Below are positions 47,072-57,577 of a DNA stretch of 64,000 nt, in pieces. The DNA is from an uncultured delta proteobacterium (GTDB taxonomy: Bacteria; Desulfobacterota; Binatia; UBA9968). The number at the start of each line of letters is the position of its first letter. Within the stretch, counting starts at the first letter, position 1. The stretch spans positions 640,001 through 704,000 of the forward strand of contig CAVUVW010000013.1 of the NCBI GenBank assembly GCA_963745035.1, given 5' to 3'. The translations under genes and the position numbers were made by a program. Below the pieces are notes generated by a model. The model saw only the letters and a list, made by a program, of their open reading frames with translations, was not told the DNA's origin and ran no database searches.

Positions 47072-47872
47072 TCAACGCTCGATGCGCACCGCCGACTCGA
47101 CCTTTTCGCCGAGAAAGCGGCGGCCAACTTTAATGAAGCGATCCGGCGCGTCGGTGACAAAAAAACTATGCGCCCCCTTGCCTGCCTTGCGCGCGAGCGC
47201 GGATTTCTTGAGCAACGCCGCGACCTCTCCGGCCGTCTCCTCGGCGGAATCGACGAGCCTGACGCCGCCGCCCAGGAATTTTCGAATAGCTTTCTTGAGC
47301 AAGGGATAATGCGTGCAGCCAAGGATCAATGTGTCGATGCCGCTCTGTTTGAGGCTTTCGAGATACGCCTTGACGGTCATTTCGACCACGGCATTGTCGG
47401 TCCAGCCCTCCTCGACCAGCGGCACGAACAGCGGGCAGGCGCGGCTGTACACTTCGACCGCCGCATCCGCGGTCTTTAGCGCCCGCGTGTAGGCGCCGCT
47501 TTGAATCGTCGCTTCGGTGCCGATCACGCCAACTTTTTTATTCCTCGTGCTCGCGAGCGCCCGCCGCACTCCCGGATGAATGACGCCGATCACCGGAAGA
47601 TCCAGCTCGGATTGCAAGCGCTCGAGCGCGACGGCGGTTGAGGTATTGCACGCGACGACGAGAATTTTGACGCCCTTCTCCACCAGAAACTCGCTGTTCT
47701 CGAACGAATAGCGCAGGACCGTATCCACCGACTTGGTGCCATAGGGCGACCGCGCGGTGTCGCCGAGATACACGGTATTTTCCCGCGGCAGCGCCTCGAT
47801 GATCTCGTGTAATACGGTCAGGCCGCCGATCCCGGAATCGAATACGCCGATGGCGCTCTCGTGATTACCCAT
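47072..47872 (-). CDS. murI: Glutamate racemase
   Basis: GVFDSGIGGLTV, PYG, ACNT, LGCTHYP. Confidence 0.97.
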   Translation of the reverse strand: MGNHESAIGVFDSGIGGLTVLHEIIEALPRENTVYLGDTARSPYGTKSVDTVLRYSFENSEFLVEKGVKILVVACNTSTAVALERLQSELDLPVIGVIHPGVRRALASTRNKKVGVIGTEATIQSGAYTRALKTADAAVEVYSRACPLFVPLVEEGWTDNAVVEMTVKAYLESLKQSGIDTLILGCTHYPLLKKAIRKFLGGGVRLVDSAEETAGEVAALLKKSALARKAGKGAHSFFVTDAPDRFIKVGRRFLGEKVESAVRIER

Positions 47873-48971
47873 GAATCGTTGGTTGAGCTTCCGGGGCCAT
47901 CTGGTTGCCGAGGTCTTTCTCGCAAGCCGGCGCAAAGCCGAAAACCTGTTTCCACACCTGACGTGATTCCATGCAGAGATAGATTTTCACGGTGGGCGCC
48001 GACCGGCGAATCCAGCGCACCATCTTGCGGTACATGGCAACCCGTAGCGGTTGAAAGTAGCGAAACTTGCCGTCCGGACAAAGCACCTGCTCGCCGGTCA
48101 AAAGCCCGGTCCGGGGGAAGCGCTGGCGCATCGCGCGCTTGAGCCCGGGCGTCTGGCGCAGCACGCCGAGGCTCAGCCAGGAGAGCCCGCGCCAATCGAC
48201 GGCGGCAAAAATCTGCTCGAGCATGTTTTCGTAATCGGTCTCCCAGCCGGGGTATTCGATCATGGGATCGAAGTGAAATCCCAGCCGGTAGCCGGCCTCC
48301 TGACAAAGCCGCGCCGCGCGCAGTCTTTGGTCGAGCGATGCCGTGCCATGCTCGTCGAGATCGATGACGCGCTGGGGATTCATCGACCAGCCGACGACGA
48401 TCCGGCCCTTTGGATCGAAGCGCAGCAAGCTCTCGACGCAATCGCTCTTGGTCTTGAGCTCGAGCAGAACGTTGGGCTGCTCGGCGAAATAGGGAATCAG
48501 CTCGCCGACCATGCCGGTGTAAGGCTCGAGGGCGAGACTGTCGGTGATCTCGCCCGTGCCGATGCGAAAGAAAACGCCGCGATGACGCGCCAAGGTGCGA
48601 TCGGTTTCGTCGATCATATCGCCGACGTTGCTGAAGACTTTGAGCGACGAGTTATCCGCCAGGTATTCCTGCAGGTAACAATAGCTGCAATCCATCGGGC
48701 AATTGCTCGCGAAGTTGATGACGAAATAATTGCAGCACACCTGCCCTTCGCTGCCCGGACATTTCTTTAAAAAATCTCCCTTGTGCCGGGTAAGATAAAG
48801 CGTTTTCTTCGCCGCCCCGAAACCGTCGCCGCCCGCCGGAGCCCGAGAAGACGCGATATCCTCGATCGTTCGAAAAGGCATGTCGGGCAACTTTTGCCGC
48901 AGGTTGCGATAGATCGGACTCGCCTCCGAGCCGCGCTCGACGATCACTTCGTCGAATTGGAAAGATTTCAT
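47865..48971 (-). CDS. Spore photoproduct lyase-like radical SAM protein
   Basis: CPMDCSYCYLQ (CxxxCxxC), GEITDS, ELKTK, EHGTASLDQRL, YLCME. Confidence 0.8.
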   Translation of the reverse strand: MKSFQFDEVIVERGSEASPIYRNLRQKLPDMPFRTIEDIASSRAPAGGDGFGAAKKTLYLTRHKGDFLKKCPGSEGQVCCNYFVINFASNCPMDCSYCYLQEYLADNSSLKVFSNVGDMIDETDRTLARHRGVFFRIGTGEITDSLALEPYTGMVGELIPYFAEQPNVLLELKTKSDCVESLLRFDPKGRIVVGWSMNPQRVIDLDEHGTASLDQRLRAARLCQEAGYRLGFHFDPMIEYPGWETDYENMLEQIFAAVDWRGLSWLSLGVLRQTPGLKRAMRQRFPRTGLLTGEQVLCPDGKFRYFQPLRVAMYRKMVRWIRRSAPTVKIYLCMESRQVWKQVFGFAPACEKDLGNQMAPEAQPTIHG

Positions 48972-48974
48972 GAA

Positions 48975-49595
48975 TTACTCAGCGTTCTTCAGGACGGATT
49001 GTGCCACGGGCTGCAAATCATTCTCGACGCGGATTTCAGCTTCCTTCCGACCGCTCTCGCCGCGTCGTCCGGCCAGCAGCGCGAAAATTTCCGCCATCTC
49101 ATCGGTCGCCGCCGCCGCGCTCAAACGCTCGCTCAGCTCTCGCAGCTCGGTCGTGCTCCCGGCGTCAAACTCGACCCTGAGCCGGCCGCCTTCCAAACCC
49201 GGCGACGCGCTCAAGCGCAATCCCAGCGGGAAGCTTCAACGCCTTGATGGTTGCGGCCAGCGAATCTTCGAGCGCGGCCAGACGAGGGAATCGCCGACGC
49301 CGCAATTGCTCTTTGATGCGCTTGAGCTTGTCGGCGCGGCCGAGGCGCGGGTCGGTGCGGATCGCGCATCGATCGCCGGGCTTGCGAGAACTTCATGGAT
49401 CTTGGCATCATCGCGCAGCGCGATTTCTTCCAGCCAATCCATCATGTCGCGCAGGTGATTCTCGCTGGCTTTGAGGCCGGCGGCGATCGCTGCGAGGACA
49501 TCGCGGTCCGCTTCCTCCCATCCGAGCCAGCGCTCAAGCGTCTGCCGGTGAAAGCCCCTGCCCCGCGCGTAATCGCGAATCGCGCTCTCGCTCAT
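48975..49595 (-). CDS. Hypothetical helical protein resembling the C-terminal part of ParB-like proteins; two compensating frameshifts (~49365, ~49220)
   Basis: Reconstructed MSESAIRDY..SENHLRDMMDWLEEIALRD..RTDPRLGRADKLKRIKEQLRRRRFPRL..LKLPAGIRLSASPGLEGG; fills the operon gap exactly. Confidence 0.55.
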
Positions 49596-50430
49596 CGGTT
49601 TTCTCCAACTCGAACTCGCCCAGCATCGCCTCGAAGCCCTCCGCCTCGGCAATTTTGCCGCGCTTGCGCGCGCCGGCGGCGAGGATGGCGGCCTTCTTCC
49701 GCAAAACCTCGAGCGCCGCCTTTCGCCGCGCTGCCGCCGATGCCCGGCCGCAGAAGCTTCTGCAGCGCCCGCACGCGATATCGATCCATGCCCCACGTGG
49801 AGCGCGACAATTGGTCGGCGTGGCCGCCGCGCTTGACGACCAGGGCCTCGGGAATCAATGGAATCGGCCGCTCTGCGGCGATGCGCAGCCATAGATCGTA
49901 ATCCTCGCACACCGGAAAGCTCTCATCGAACCCGCCTGCCCGCTCGAACAGCTCTCGGGTCATCATCACCGCCGACGGGCTTACCAAGCAAAGATCGAGA
50001 CTGCGCAAAAAGACATCGCCCGAAGGCTTTCGGTGCGCCGCCTTGGGGTTTACCCGGACGCCGTTGCGGATCCAGATCTCTTCGGTTTGGCAGATCTCCA
50101 CGTCGGGACGGCCGATCATGAAGGCGGTCTGGCGCGCCAGCTTGCCGGGCAGCCAGAGATCGTCGGAATCGAGCAGCGCGAGATAACGACCGCTCGACCG
50201 GCTGACTCCCGTGTTGCGCGCCGCCGACGACGCCTTTTCTCGCCGTGCAAACGATTCGTCAATCGCGCGCCGAATCGAGCCAATGCGCGCGCCGTTCCGT
50301 CCGTCGAACCGTCGTCGACAACGACGAGCTCGAAGTCCGCAAAGCTTTGCGCCAGCACCGACTCGACGGCTGCGCCGACCATGGGCCATCGATTGAAGGT
50401 GGGAAGGATGACGCTTACGAGCGGCGGCAC
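49592..50430 (-). CDS. GT2 family glycosyltransferase; frameshifted
   Basis: VSVILPTFNR, VVDDGSTD in one frame; ARNTG, LLDSDDLW, EDYDLWLR in another. Confidence 0.8.
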
Positions 50431-50502
50431 GATCTCAACCGGCTGCCGGCACGAAGCCAAAGTCGCCGGGCAGCGTCAGGGAGTTTCTCATCATCGCAGC
50501 GA

Positions 50503-50934
50503 TCAGATAAAAGTCTCGATTTTTTTGAAGAACTGATCTACCATCATCTTGGTCACGCCGTTCATCATGCGCTGGCCGATGCTGGCGATCAATCCGCCTA
50601 TTTTGGCGTCGGTGCTGTACTTCAGGATGGTTTGGCCATTGTGTTCTTCCAGGTCGATGGACACGTCTCCTTGCATAAATCCCGGCCCGCCCGACCCTTG
50701 TCCGCTCAAGACGTAATGCGACGGCGGCTGCTTGTCCTTGATCGCGACCTTGCCCTTGTAGGTCCCTTTCACCGCGGCGATGCCGACTTTCATCACCGCT
50801 TCGTACTGGTCCGGGCCCGCCTCGGTCATGCTCTCGCAGCCCGGCATGCACTGCGCCATGATTTTCGGATCCTGCAGCACCTGCCAAACCCGCTCGCGCG
50901 GCGCCTGGAACGTGTAGCTACCTTCGATCTTCAA
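50503..50934 (-). CDS. CoxG/SRPBCC family protein
   Basis: APRERVWQVLQDP..CMPGCE, GGLIASIGQRM..QFF; GAGG RBS before TTG. Confidence 0.85.
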   Translation of the reverse strand: MKIEGSYTFQAPRERVWQVLQDPKIMAQCMPGCESMTEAGPDQYEAVMKVGIAAVKGTYKGKVAIKDKQPPSHYVLSGQGSGGPGFMQGDVSIDLEEHNGQTILKYSTDAKIGGLIASIGQRMMNGVTKMMVDQFFKKIETFI

Positions 50935-51123
50935 AAAACTTTTCCTCAGCTTTGCTTTCTTCGCCGCTTGGAATGCCGCGGCGATGCGCAAAAACCATAA
51001 CGTTCCGGGCACCAAAAGACAACCGGCGCGCCGGCGGCGCGGCAGTTCGTCCCTCTTCTTCGCGGCGGTCCTTGGGACAATTTGCAATTGAATCGCCGCG
51101 CGACCTTCGCTAAGATTTTCGCG

Positions 51124-53163
51124 ATGAGTCCGCGATGTGCCTTGATCCTGACGTTTCTCCTAGCTTTGCCGGCGGCGGCTTTCTGCCAAAGCCGCGATCC
51201 GCGCGAAGCGTTCGCCGGCGCCTACGCCCACTACACTTCCGGCAGGCCGGCGGAAGCGAAGGAGCTTTTCCGCAATACGTTGAACGGCGATTTTCGTCTC
51301 GCCGACTACAGCTTGTATTATCTCGCGGTCATCGCCTTTAACGAAGGCAATTGGGATCAGTCGCGGCAGCGCCTGAATCAGCTCAAACAGCGATTTCCGC
51401 AGAGTCTCTGGTTCCAATCCGCCACCCTGCTTCAAGCCAAAAACGAGCTCGCCGAAAAAAAATATGACCGGGCGGGCGAGATCCTGCGCCAGCTTCGCGC
51501 CGAGAAAACGATCCGGCGCGATATCGCCGACGAGGCGCTCTATCTCCAGGCGCAAGCGCGCGACGGCCAAGGCGAGCCGCGGCGCGCCTATGCGCTCTAC
51601 GATGAGTTGCGCGACAACTCGCCAAACTCGCGCTGGACGCCGGCCGCAAGAAAAGCCCAGGCACGCTTACGCGAAAAGCATCCCGAGCTGTTTCCCTTCG
51701 GGACTTTGCAGTCGCTGGCGGAAGAGGCCGACCGGCTCGCCCGCGAGCGCCAAACCGGTGAAGCCGAAATTCTTTATAAAAAACTTCTCAACAACGCCGC
51801 TGACGCGGAGACGCGGCTACGCTTCCTAAGCAAACTCTCCACGCTCTATCTTTCGGCGCGCAACCGTAATGAGGCGATGCCGCTGCTCGAGCAGATCGCC
51901 CGCGACTACCCGCAAAACGCCGAAGCGTCCCGAGCGCTTTACCAGATCGGGCAGATTCTCTGGAATCGCCACGATAATGCCCAGGCGCTCGACTATTTTA
52001 AATCTGTGATCGAAAAATATCCCGCCAGCGCTTTCGTCGACCGCAGCCAATATGCGGCCGCGGATATTCACGAGTACTTCGGTCGCAAAGACGAAGCGGC
52101 GCAGGCATACGCCAACGTGGTCAAGCAGTTCCCCAAGAGCACGGTGCGCGACGAGGCGCAGTGGCGCCTCGCCTGGCTGTATTACCGCGCCGGTGAGATG
52201 CCGGCGGCAACGGCGACATTCAAGGCGCTGGCCCAGCAATCGAAGAACGGCCAGTTCGGCACCGCGGCGCTCTACTGGCAGGCGCGCAGCGCCGAAAAGG
52301 CGGGCGAAACCGAGACCGTCAAGCCGGTTTACCGGCAGATTCTAAACGGCGGCGCGGAATCCTATTATGAGGCGCTCGCGCTGCGAGCTCTCGAGAGGCT
52401 GGGCGAATCGATCGACGAGCCGCTGCAGTCCAGGCCGGCGGCGGCTACAGAGGGCGATCCGGCAGTGACGGCAGAAATCGAGTTTCACCTGACGCGCGCG
52501 CGCGAGCTCGCCGTCCTGTCGCTGCATCCGCTGGCGGTGGCGGAGCTGGACGAGATCAACGCCAAGACCAAGCCTGCGGGCCGGCTGCGCGCGCTGCTCA
52601 TGCGCGAATATTTTCGCAACCACGCCTATGGCCGCAGTCTCAGCGTCGCCAACCAGACGCCGCTCTCGCAACCCGAGCGCGATCTCTACCGCTATCCGCT
52701 GGCGTTCTGGGAATTGATTCAGCAGAAGTCCCTGGAGCGCGATCTTGATCCGTATCTGATCTTGGCGCTGATCCGCCAGGAAAGTTTGTTCGATCAGCGC
52801 GCGCGCTCGCCGGCGGCCGCGCTCGGCTTGATGCAGTTGATCCCGCCGACGGCAGCTCGGGTCGCCAGGCAGCTCGGCCTCGCTCCGCCCTCGCAGGACA
52901 AGCTCTTCGAGGCCGACGTCAATTTGACCCTCGGCACCGAGTATCTGAAAGACCTGCTGCTTCGCTACGGGAACAACTGGCAAAAGGCGCTGGCCGCCTA
53001 CAACGCCGGAGAGGCCGCGGTCGATCGTTGGGAGCGCGAGATCGTTACCGACGACATTGAGGAATTCGTCGAGCGCATACCCTATGTCGAAACCCGCGGC
53101 TATGTTAAACTCGTTCTCCGTAATCATCGAATCTACAAAAGGCTCTACAATCAGAAAAAATGA
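51124..53163 (+). CDS. TPR-repeat soluble lytic murein transglycosylase (Slt family)
   Basis: Signal peptide, TPR repeats, IRQESLF, GLMQL, AAYNAG, ETRGYV. Confidence 0.92.
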   Translation: MSPRCALILTFLLALPAAAFCQSRDPREAFAGAYAHYTSGRPAEAKELFRNTLNGDFRLADYSLYYLAVIAFNEGNWDQSRQRLNQLKQRFPQSLWFQSATLLQAKNELAEKKYDRAGEILRQLRAEKTIRRDIADEALYLQAQARDGQGEPRRAYALYDELRDNSPNSRWTPAARKAQARLREKHPELFPFGTLQSLAEEADRLARERQTGEAEILYKKLLNNAADAETRLRFLSKLSTLYLSARNRNEAMPLLEQIARDYPQNAEASRALYQIGQILWNRHDNAQALDYFKSVIEKYPASAFVDRSQYAAADIHEYFGRKDEAAQAYANVVKQFPKSTVRDEAQWRLAWLYYRAGEMPAATATFKALAQQSKNGQFGTAALYWQARSAEKAGETETVKPVYRQILNGGAESYYEALALRALERLGESIDEPLQSRPAAATEGDPAVTAEIEFHLTRARELAVLSLHPLAVAELDEINAKTKPAGRLRALLMREYFRNHAYGRSLSVANQTPLSQPERDLYRYPLAFWELIQQKSLERDLDPYLILALIRQESLFDQRARSPAAALGLMQLIPPTAARVARQLGLAPPSQDKLFEADVNLTLGTEYLKDLLLRYGNNWQKALAAYNAGEAAVDRWEREIVTDDIEEFVERIPYVETRGYVKLVLRNHRIYKRLYNQKK

Positions 53164-53921
53164 CCAGCGGCGCTTTGCCTTTGATCGGCATTACGGCAGA
53201 CTTCTCGCGCGCTTCCACTGCATTTACCGAGACAGCCAAAGACTCCACCTTATTCCTGCCGGGGCGGTATCTCGCGGCGATTGAACGCGCCGGTGCCGTC
53301 CCGCTTGTCTTGCCCGCTTGCCCCACCAAAGCGGCGGTCCGCCGCTTGCTCGGCGTATTGAACGGTCTGGTACTGAGCGGCGGGAACTTCGACATTCACC
53401 CGCGTTACTACGGCGAAAGAGCAATGAAGCAGCTCGGCGCCATCAAGACGACGCGCACGGAATTCGAGTTGGAGATTGCCGCCGCAGCCATGGATCGTGA
53501 TTTGCCGGTTTTGGGCATTTGCGGCGGCGCTCAGGCGATCAACGTGGCCCTGGGCGGCTCGCTCTATCAAGACATCGCGGCCCAACTCGGCAAGCGCGGC
53601 GCCAACGAGCACACTTCCAAAAACGCCGACGGCGGTCATGCGATTCGGATCGAGCCCGGCACCCGACTGTTCGATATCGTCCAACGTTCGCGCGTGGCGG
53701 TGAATACCAGCCACCATCAGGCGATCAAGCGCCTCGGGCACGGGCTCATCGTCAACGCCGTCGCCGACGATGGCGTGATTGAAGGCATCGAAAGCGCGCG
53801 CCACGGTTTGGTCCTGGGCGTGCAGTGGCATCCGGAGGCGCTGGCGCCGCATCAAACGCTGCAGCGCCGTCTGTTCTCCGCTTTTGTGTCCTTCTGCAAA
53901 CGACGTTCGCGGAGGCGCTGA
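53160..53921 (+). CDS. Gamma-glutamyl-gamma-aminobutyrate hydrolase family (peptidase C26, PuuD-like)
   Basis: LSGG, LGICGGAQ, HHQAI, GVQWHPE. Confidence 0.9.
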   Translation: MTSGALPLIGITADFSRASTAFTETAKDSTLFLPGRYLAAIERAGAVPLVLPACPTKAAVRRLLGVLNGLVLSGGNFDIHPRYYGERAMKQLGAIKTTRTEFELEIAAAAMDRDLPVLGICGGAQAINVALGGSLYQDIAAQLGKRGANEHTSKNADGGHAIRIEPGTRLFDIVQRSRVAVNTSHHQAIKRLGHGLIVNAVADDGVIEGIESARHGLVLGVQWHPEALAPHQTLQRRLFSAFVSFCKRRSRRR

Positions 53922-53938
53922 TCGCGCGTCCCTTGATC

Positions 53939-56266
53939 ATGGCCACGCACATTTTCACTCCCGACTCCTACGGCCTCAGCTTGTTCGCGCTGCCACCTAT
54001 GCTCACCGCGAGCACCATGCTCGCTCTCGGCGTGGCCGTGTTGCGTCGCGAGCGCGACTCGCGCGTGAGCATTTCGTTTTTTCTCGTGACTCTCACCGGA
54101 GCGGTCTGGCTGTCGAGCTATGCGCTCATGTACTGCGCGCGCAGCGCGGGCGTCGCGGCGACATGGGGCCAGCTCGGCCACGTCGGCATCACATTCATTC
54201 CTGCCGCGGTGTACCACTTTGCCGCCAGCGCGCTGCAGGTCTACAAGCGCCACCGGCTGCGAGTGTGGCTGACCTGGATCATCTCCGCGGCGTTTCTCGT
54301 GAGCGTCTTTGCGGGCGATACCCTCATCGCGGGAGTTCAGCTTCACTGGTGGGGCTATTATCCGCTCTACGGCTGGATGGGCGCGCTGTTCGTCGGCTTC
54401 TTTTTTGCGCTGATGGCTTTGAGCCTGCGCGCGTACTGGAGTGCCTGCCGCTCCGCTCTGCCGGGGCCGAGTAAGTTTCGCAGCCGCGCTCTGCTCGCCG
54501 CGTTCTGCGTCGCTTATCTGGGATCGTTCGATTACCTCGCAGCGTTCGGTGTGCCGGTCTATCCCTTCGGCTACGTTCCAGTCTTGGGCTTCATCGTGAT
54601 CGTCGGCCGCACCATCCGCCGCTATCGCCTGGTGAGCATCACTCCGGAGTTCGCCGCCCGCGAGATCCTGCATGCGATGGACGACGCCTTGTTGATCATG
54701 GACAACGAGGGCATCGTGCGGGTCTGCAATCACGCCGCGTGCCGGATATTTTCCCGCGCCGAAACCGATCTCGAAGGCTCCTCGGCGGCAGACCTCGCGC
54801 GGGCTTTGATCTCGCCCGTCGATCGGTTGGCGCAGCGCATGGTCGGAGGCTCGCTGCGCAATCATGAATGCGCCGCTCACGGCGGCCGCACCGCTCTCAA
54901 CCTGTCGTCCTTTGTCATGCGCGACCGGGAAAACAATCACATTGCCACCCTCTGCATGATTCGCGACGTTACCCAGGCCAAAGCGGTACAGCGCCAGATC
55001 GAAGGACACACCCGTCGACAAGCGGCGCTTTACGAATTCAACCTCGCGGCCACGTCGACGTTGGAGCTGAGCGCGGTGCTGCAGGTGCTGCTGGAGCGGC
55101 TGGAGGCTTTGGTGCCGTCCGCCGCTACCACCGTCATGTTGCTCGGCGGGCCCGGCGAGGTGCTGCGCAAGCTTGCCTGCCGCGGTATCGACGAAACCGC
55201 CTGGAAAGCGACGCCGTCCAGAGAAACCTCGCTCCATCCGGTTCTGCGCCTCAAAGAACCGGTTGAGATCACCGATATTCGGGACTATCCCGCCGGCGGC
55301 CTCGATTATGTTTTTTTCAGCAGTCGCGGATTCCGCTCCTATCTCGGTTTCCCTCTGATCGCGCAAAATCGAGTGATTGGCGTTCTGTCGTTCTACTCCC
55401 GCGAAGAGCGCCGCTATGGCGAGGAGGAAAAGAGTTTTTTGCGCAGCCTCGCCGGACAAGCCGCGGTGGCGATCCACAACTCCGAGCTCTACGAGCAAAT
55501 CCATCGGCAGGCCGCGGCGCTGGAAAAAGCCAACCGCGTGCGCGACGATTTCCTGAGCGTCATGTCGCATGAGCTGCGCACCCCGCTGAACGTGATCTCT
55601 GGCTACACCAGGCTCGTGCAGGAGGGCCTCATGGGGCGAGTGAGCGCGGAGCAATACAACGCGCTCGACAAGGTGAGCCGCCACGCCGATGAGCTTTTGT
55701 TCATGGTGAGCAGCATTATGAACGCGGCCAAGATCGAGGGCGGCGCGCTGGCCTTGGACCGCCAGGAGTTTCCTCTCACCGAACTGCTCGAGGAGCTCCA
55801 ATCGCTTTACGATTACCCGCGCGGTAAAGCAGTCGCCCTGGAATGGGACTATCCCGGCGACTTGCCCTCGTTGCAAAGCGACCGCGACAAATTGAAGCAT
55901 GCGCTGCAGAACCTGATCAATAACGCGCTCAAATTTACCGACGCCGGCAGTGTGACGGTCACGGCGCGTCACAACCAAGAACAAGACACCGTGGAGCTTA
56001 CGGTCGCGGACACCGGAATCGGCATTCCCGCGGAGGACTTACCGCTCGTCTTCGACCGTTTTCGCCAAGTCGACAGCTCGAGGACGCGCGCCCACGGCGG
56101 CGTCGGCCTAGGCCTCCATATTGTCCGGACGTTCACGGACATCCTGGGTGGACGGATCGAAGTCGCAAGCGCGCCGGGCCGAGGCTCGACTTTTACGATC
56201 ACGCTTCCCTGTACCTGCCGCAAACCCTCCGGGATGAATCCCGGCGGCGCACTTATTTCCAGCTAA
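53939..56266 (+). CDS. Membrane sensor histidine kinase (7TM-PAS-GAF-HisKA-HATPase)
   Basis: About 7 TM helices; SHELRTPLN, NALKFT, DTGIGI, GVGLGL. Confidence 0.92.
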   Translation: MATHIFTPDSYGLSLFALPPMLTASTMLALGVAVLRRERDSRVSISFFLVTLTGAVWLSSYALMYCARSAGVAATWGQLGHVGITFIPAAVYHFAASALQVYKRHRLRVWLTWIISAAFLVSVFAGDTLIAGVQLHWWGYYPLYGWMGALFVGFFFALMALSLRAYWSACRSALPGPSKFRSRALLAAFCVAYLGSFDYLAAFGVPVYPFGYVPVLGFIVIVGRTIRRYRLVSITPEFAAREILHAMDDALLIMDNEGIVRVCNHAACRIFSRAETDLEGSSAADLARALISPVDRLAQRMVGGSLRNHECAAHGGRTALNLSSFVMRDRENNHIATLCMIRDVTQAKAVQRQIEGHTRRQAALYEFNLAATSTLELSAVLQVLLERLEALVPSAATTVMLLGGPGEVLRKLACRGIDETAWKATPSRETSLHPVLRLKEPVEITDIRDYPAGGLDYVFFSSRGFRSYLGFPLIAQNRVIGVLSFYSREERRYGEEEKSFLRSLAGQAAVAIHNSELYEQIHRQAAALEKANRVRDDFLSVMSHELRTPLNVISGYTRLVQEGLMGRVSAEQYNALDKVSRHADELLFMVSSIMNAAKIEGGALALDRQEFPLTELLEELQSLYDYPRGKAVALEWDYPGDLPSLQSDRDKLKHALQNLINNALKFTDAGSVTVTARHNQEQDTVELTVADTGIGIPAEDLPLVFDRFRQVDSSRTRAHGGVGLGLHIVRTFTDILGGRIEVASAPGRGSTFTITLPCTCRKPSGMNPGGALISS

Positions 56267-56394
56267 CATTCACGCCAGAATTTCTCTATGCGCGGGCGCT
56301 AACCCGCGCGGTCTACTCCAGCCGCGGTTGCAATCCTCACTGGCCTGGGGCAAAGAGAAAGCGAATTGACCGGCTCGCGCTGAAAGGAGCAATC

Positions 56395-57532
56395 ATGCCC
56401 AATAACATCGGCGGCGATGTGTTCGACAAAGAGCAGGCGGAAAGACTGCTCTATCCGGCGCAAGGTTTATCCGGCGGCGGCCAATTGGAAGTCCGCATGG
56501 AGATTTCGCCGGACCATCCCGATCCGGACATTCGCGGCGTCGCTCGCCGGGTAAAGTTTTTCAATCTCGAAAGCTGGCACAAGGAATGGGTCGAAGTCGC
56601 GAAGAAAAACGAAGAGTTGGCGGCCGGGTTCGAGCAGGAAAAGCGCCACCAAACCGCCCACGAGTTTTATCTTGCGCGCCGCCGACTTTTACCGGCGCGC
56701 CGTCGTCTACTTGCCCGACACCGACGGCCGCATGCTGCCGACTTTCCAAAAGCTCGAAGAAAATTTCGAGAACGCTTGGCGCCTGGTCAAACCGCCTTTC
56801 GAGCGGGTGGAGATCACGTATGAGGGCCATAACTTACCGGCGCTTTTCTGGCCCGGCCGCGGCAAGGCGGGCGCGAAGCTCCCGGTGGTCTACAACTACG
56901 GCGGCGCCGACGGCATTTTGCTGCGCGGCGAAGACGGCGGGGCCGGTCAGTACGTGCGTCGCGGCATGTCGTTCATCGACGTCGACGGCCCGGGCCACGG
57001 CGGCACCCTGCGCCATCACAAGCTCTATGCGCCGCCCGACTCGGAGCGGGTCGCCAAGGCGGTGCTCGACTATCTCGTCACGCGCCCGGATGTGGATGCC
57101 GAGCGCATCGGTCTGCACGGCTCAAGCATGGGCGGCTACTCCGGCCCGCGCTGCGCGACCGTAGAAAAGCGCATCAAAGCGGTGGCGGTATGGAGTGGCG
57201 CGTATAATTTGGTCGAGGACATTTTCGATTATTACCCGCCAATTCAGGATCGCTTGCGCTGGCTCATGGGCGCCAAAGACCTGAAGGAAGCGCGCGAGCG
57301 AATGAAGGAATTTTCGTTGGTCGGACGCGCCGACAAGATCGAATGTTCTCTGTTGGTCGGTTACAGCATCGACGATCGCGTCATGGACCCGCGCGGCGCG
57401 CTCCGGCTTTACGAAAACGCCGTCAATTCGCCGGACCGCGCGATGCTCGACGGTGTCGGTCACGGCCAGAAGCGCTTCGACCGGCGCACCTACATCGCCG
57501 ACTGGTTCATGAAACAGCTTCGAGCCGGCTAG
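56395..57532 (+). CDS. Alpha/beta hydrolase (dihydroxy-pseudooxynicotine hydrolase/FrsA-like); +1 frameshift near 56673
   Basis: AAGGAG RBS; YL-RAADFY across the junction; GGADG, DGPGHG, nucleophile GSSMGG, D..H. Confidence 0.8.
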
Positions 57533-57577
57533 AGCGCTCCAGGCATTAAGCGGCGAGCGCGCCGCGCGGAGGAACAG

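Noticed and set aside
53852-55984. 710-aa antisense ORF and similar long shadow ORFs (e.g. 45162-46604, 5486-6769, 62414-63640)
   Set aside because: They lie opposite well-supported genes, as expected from high-GC codon bias, and have no domains.
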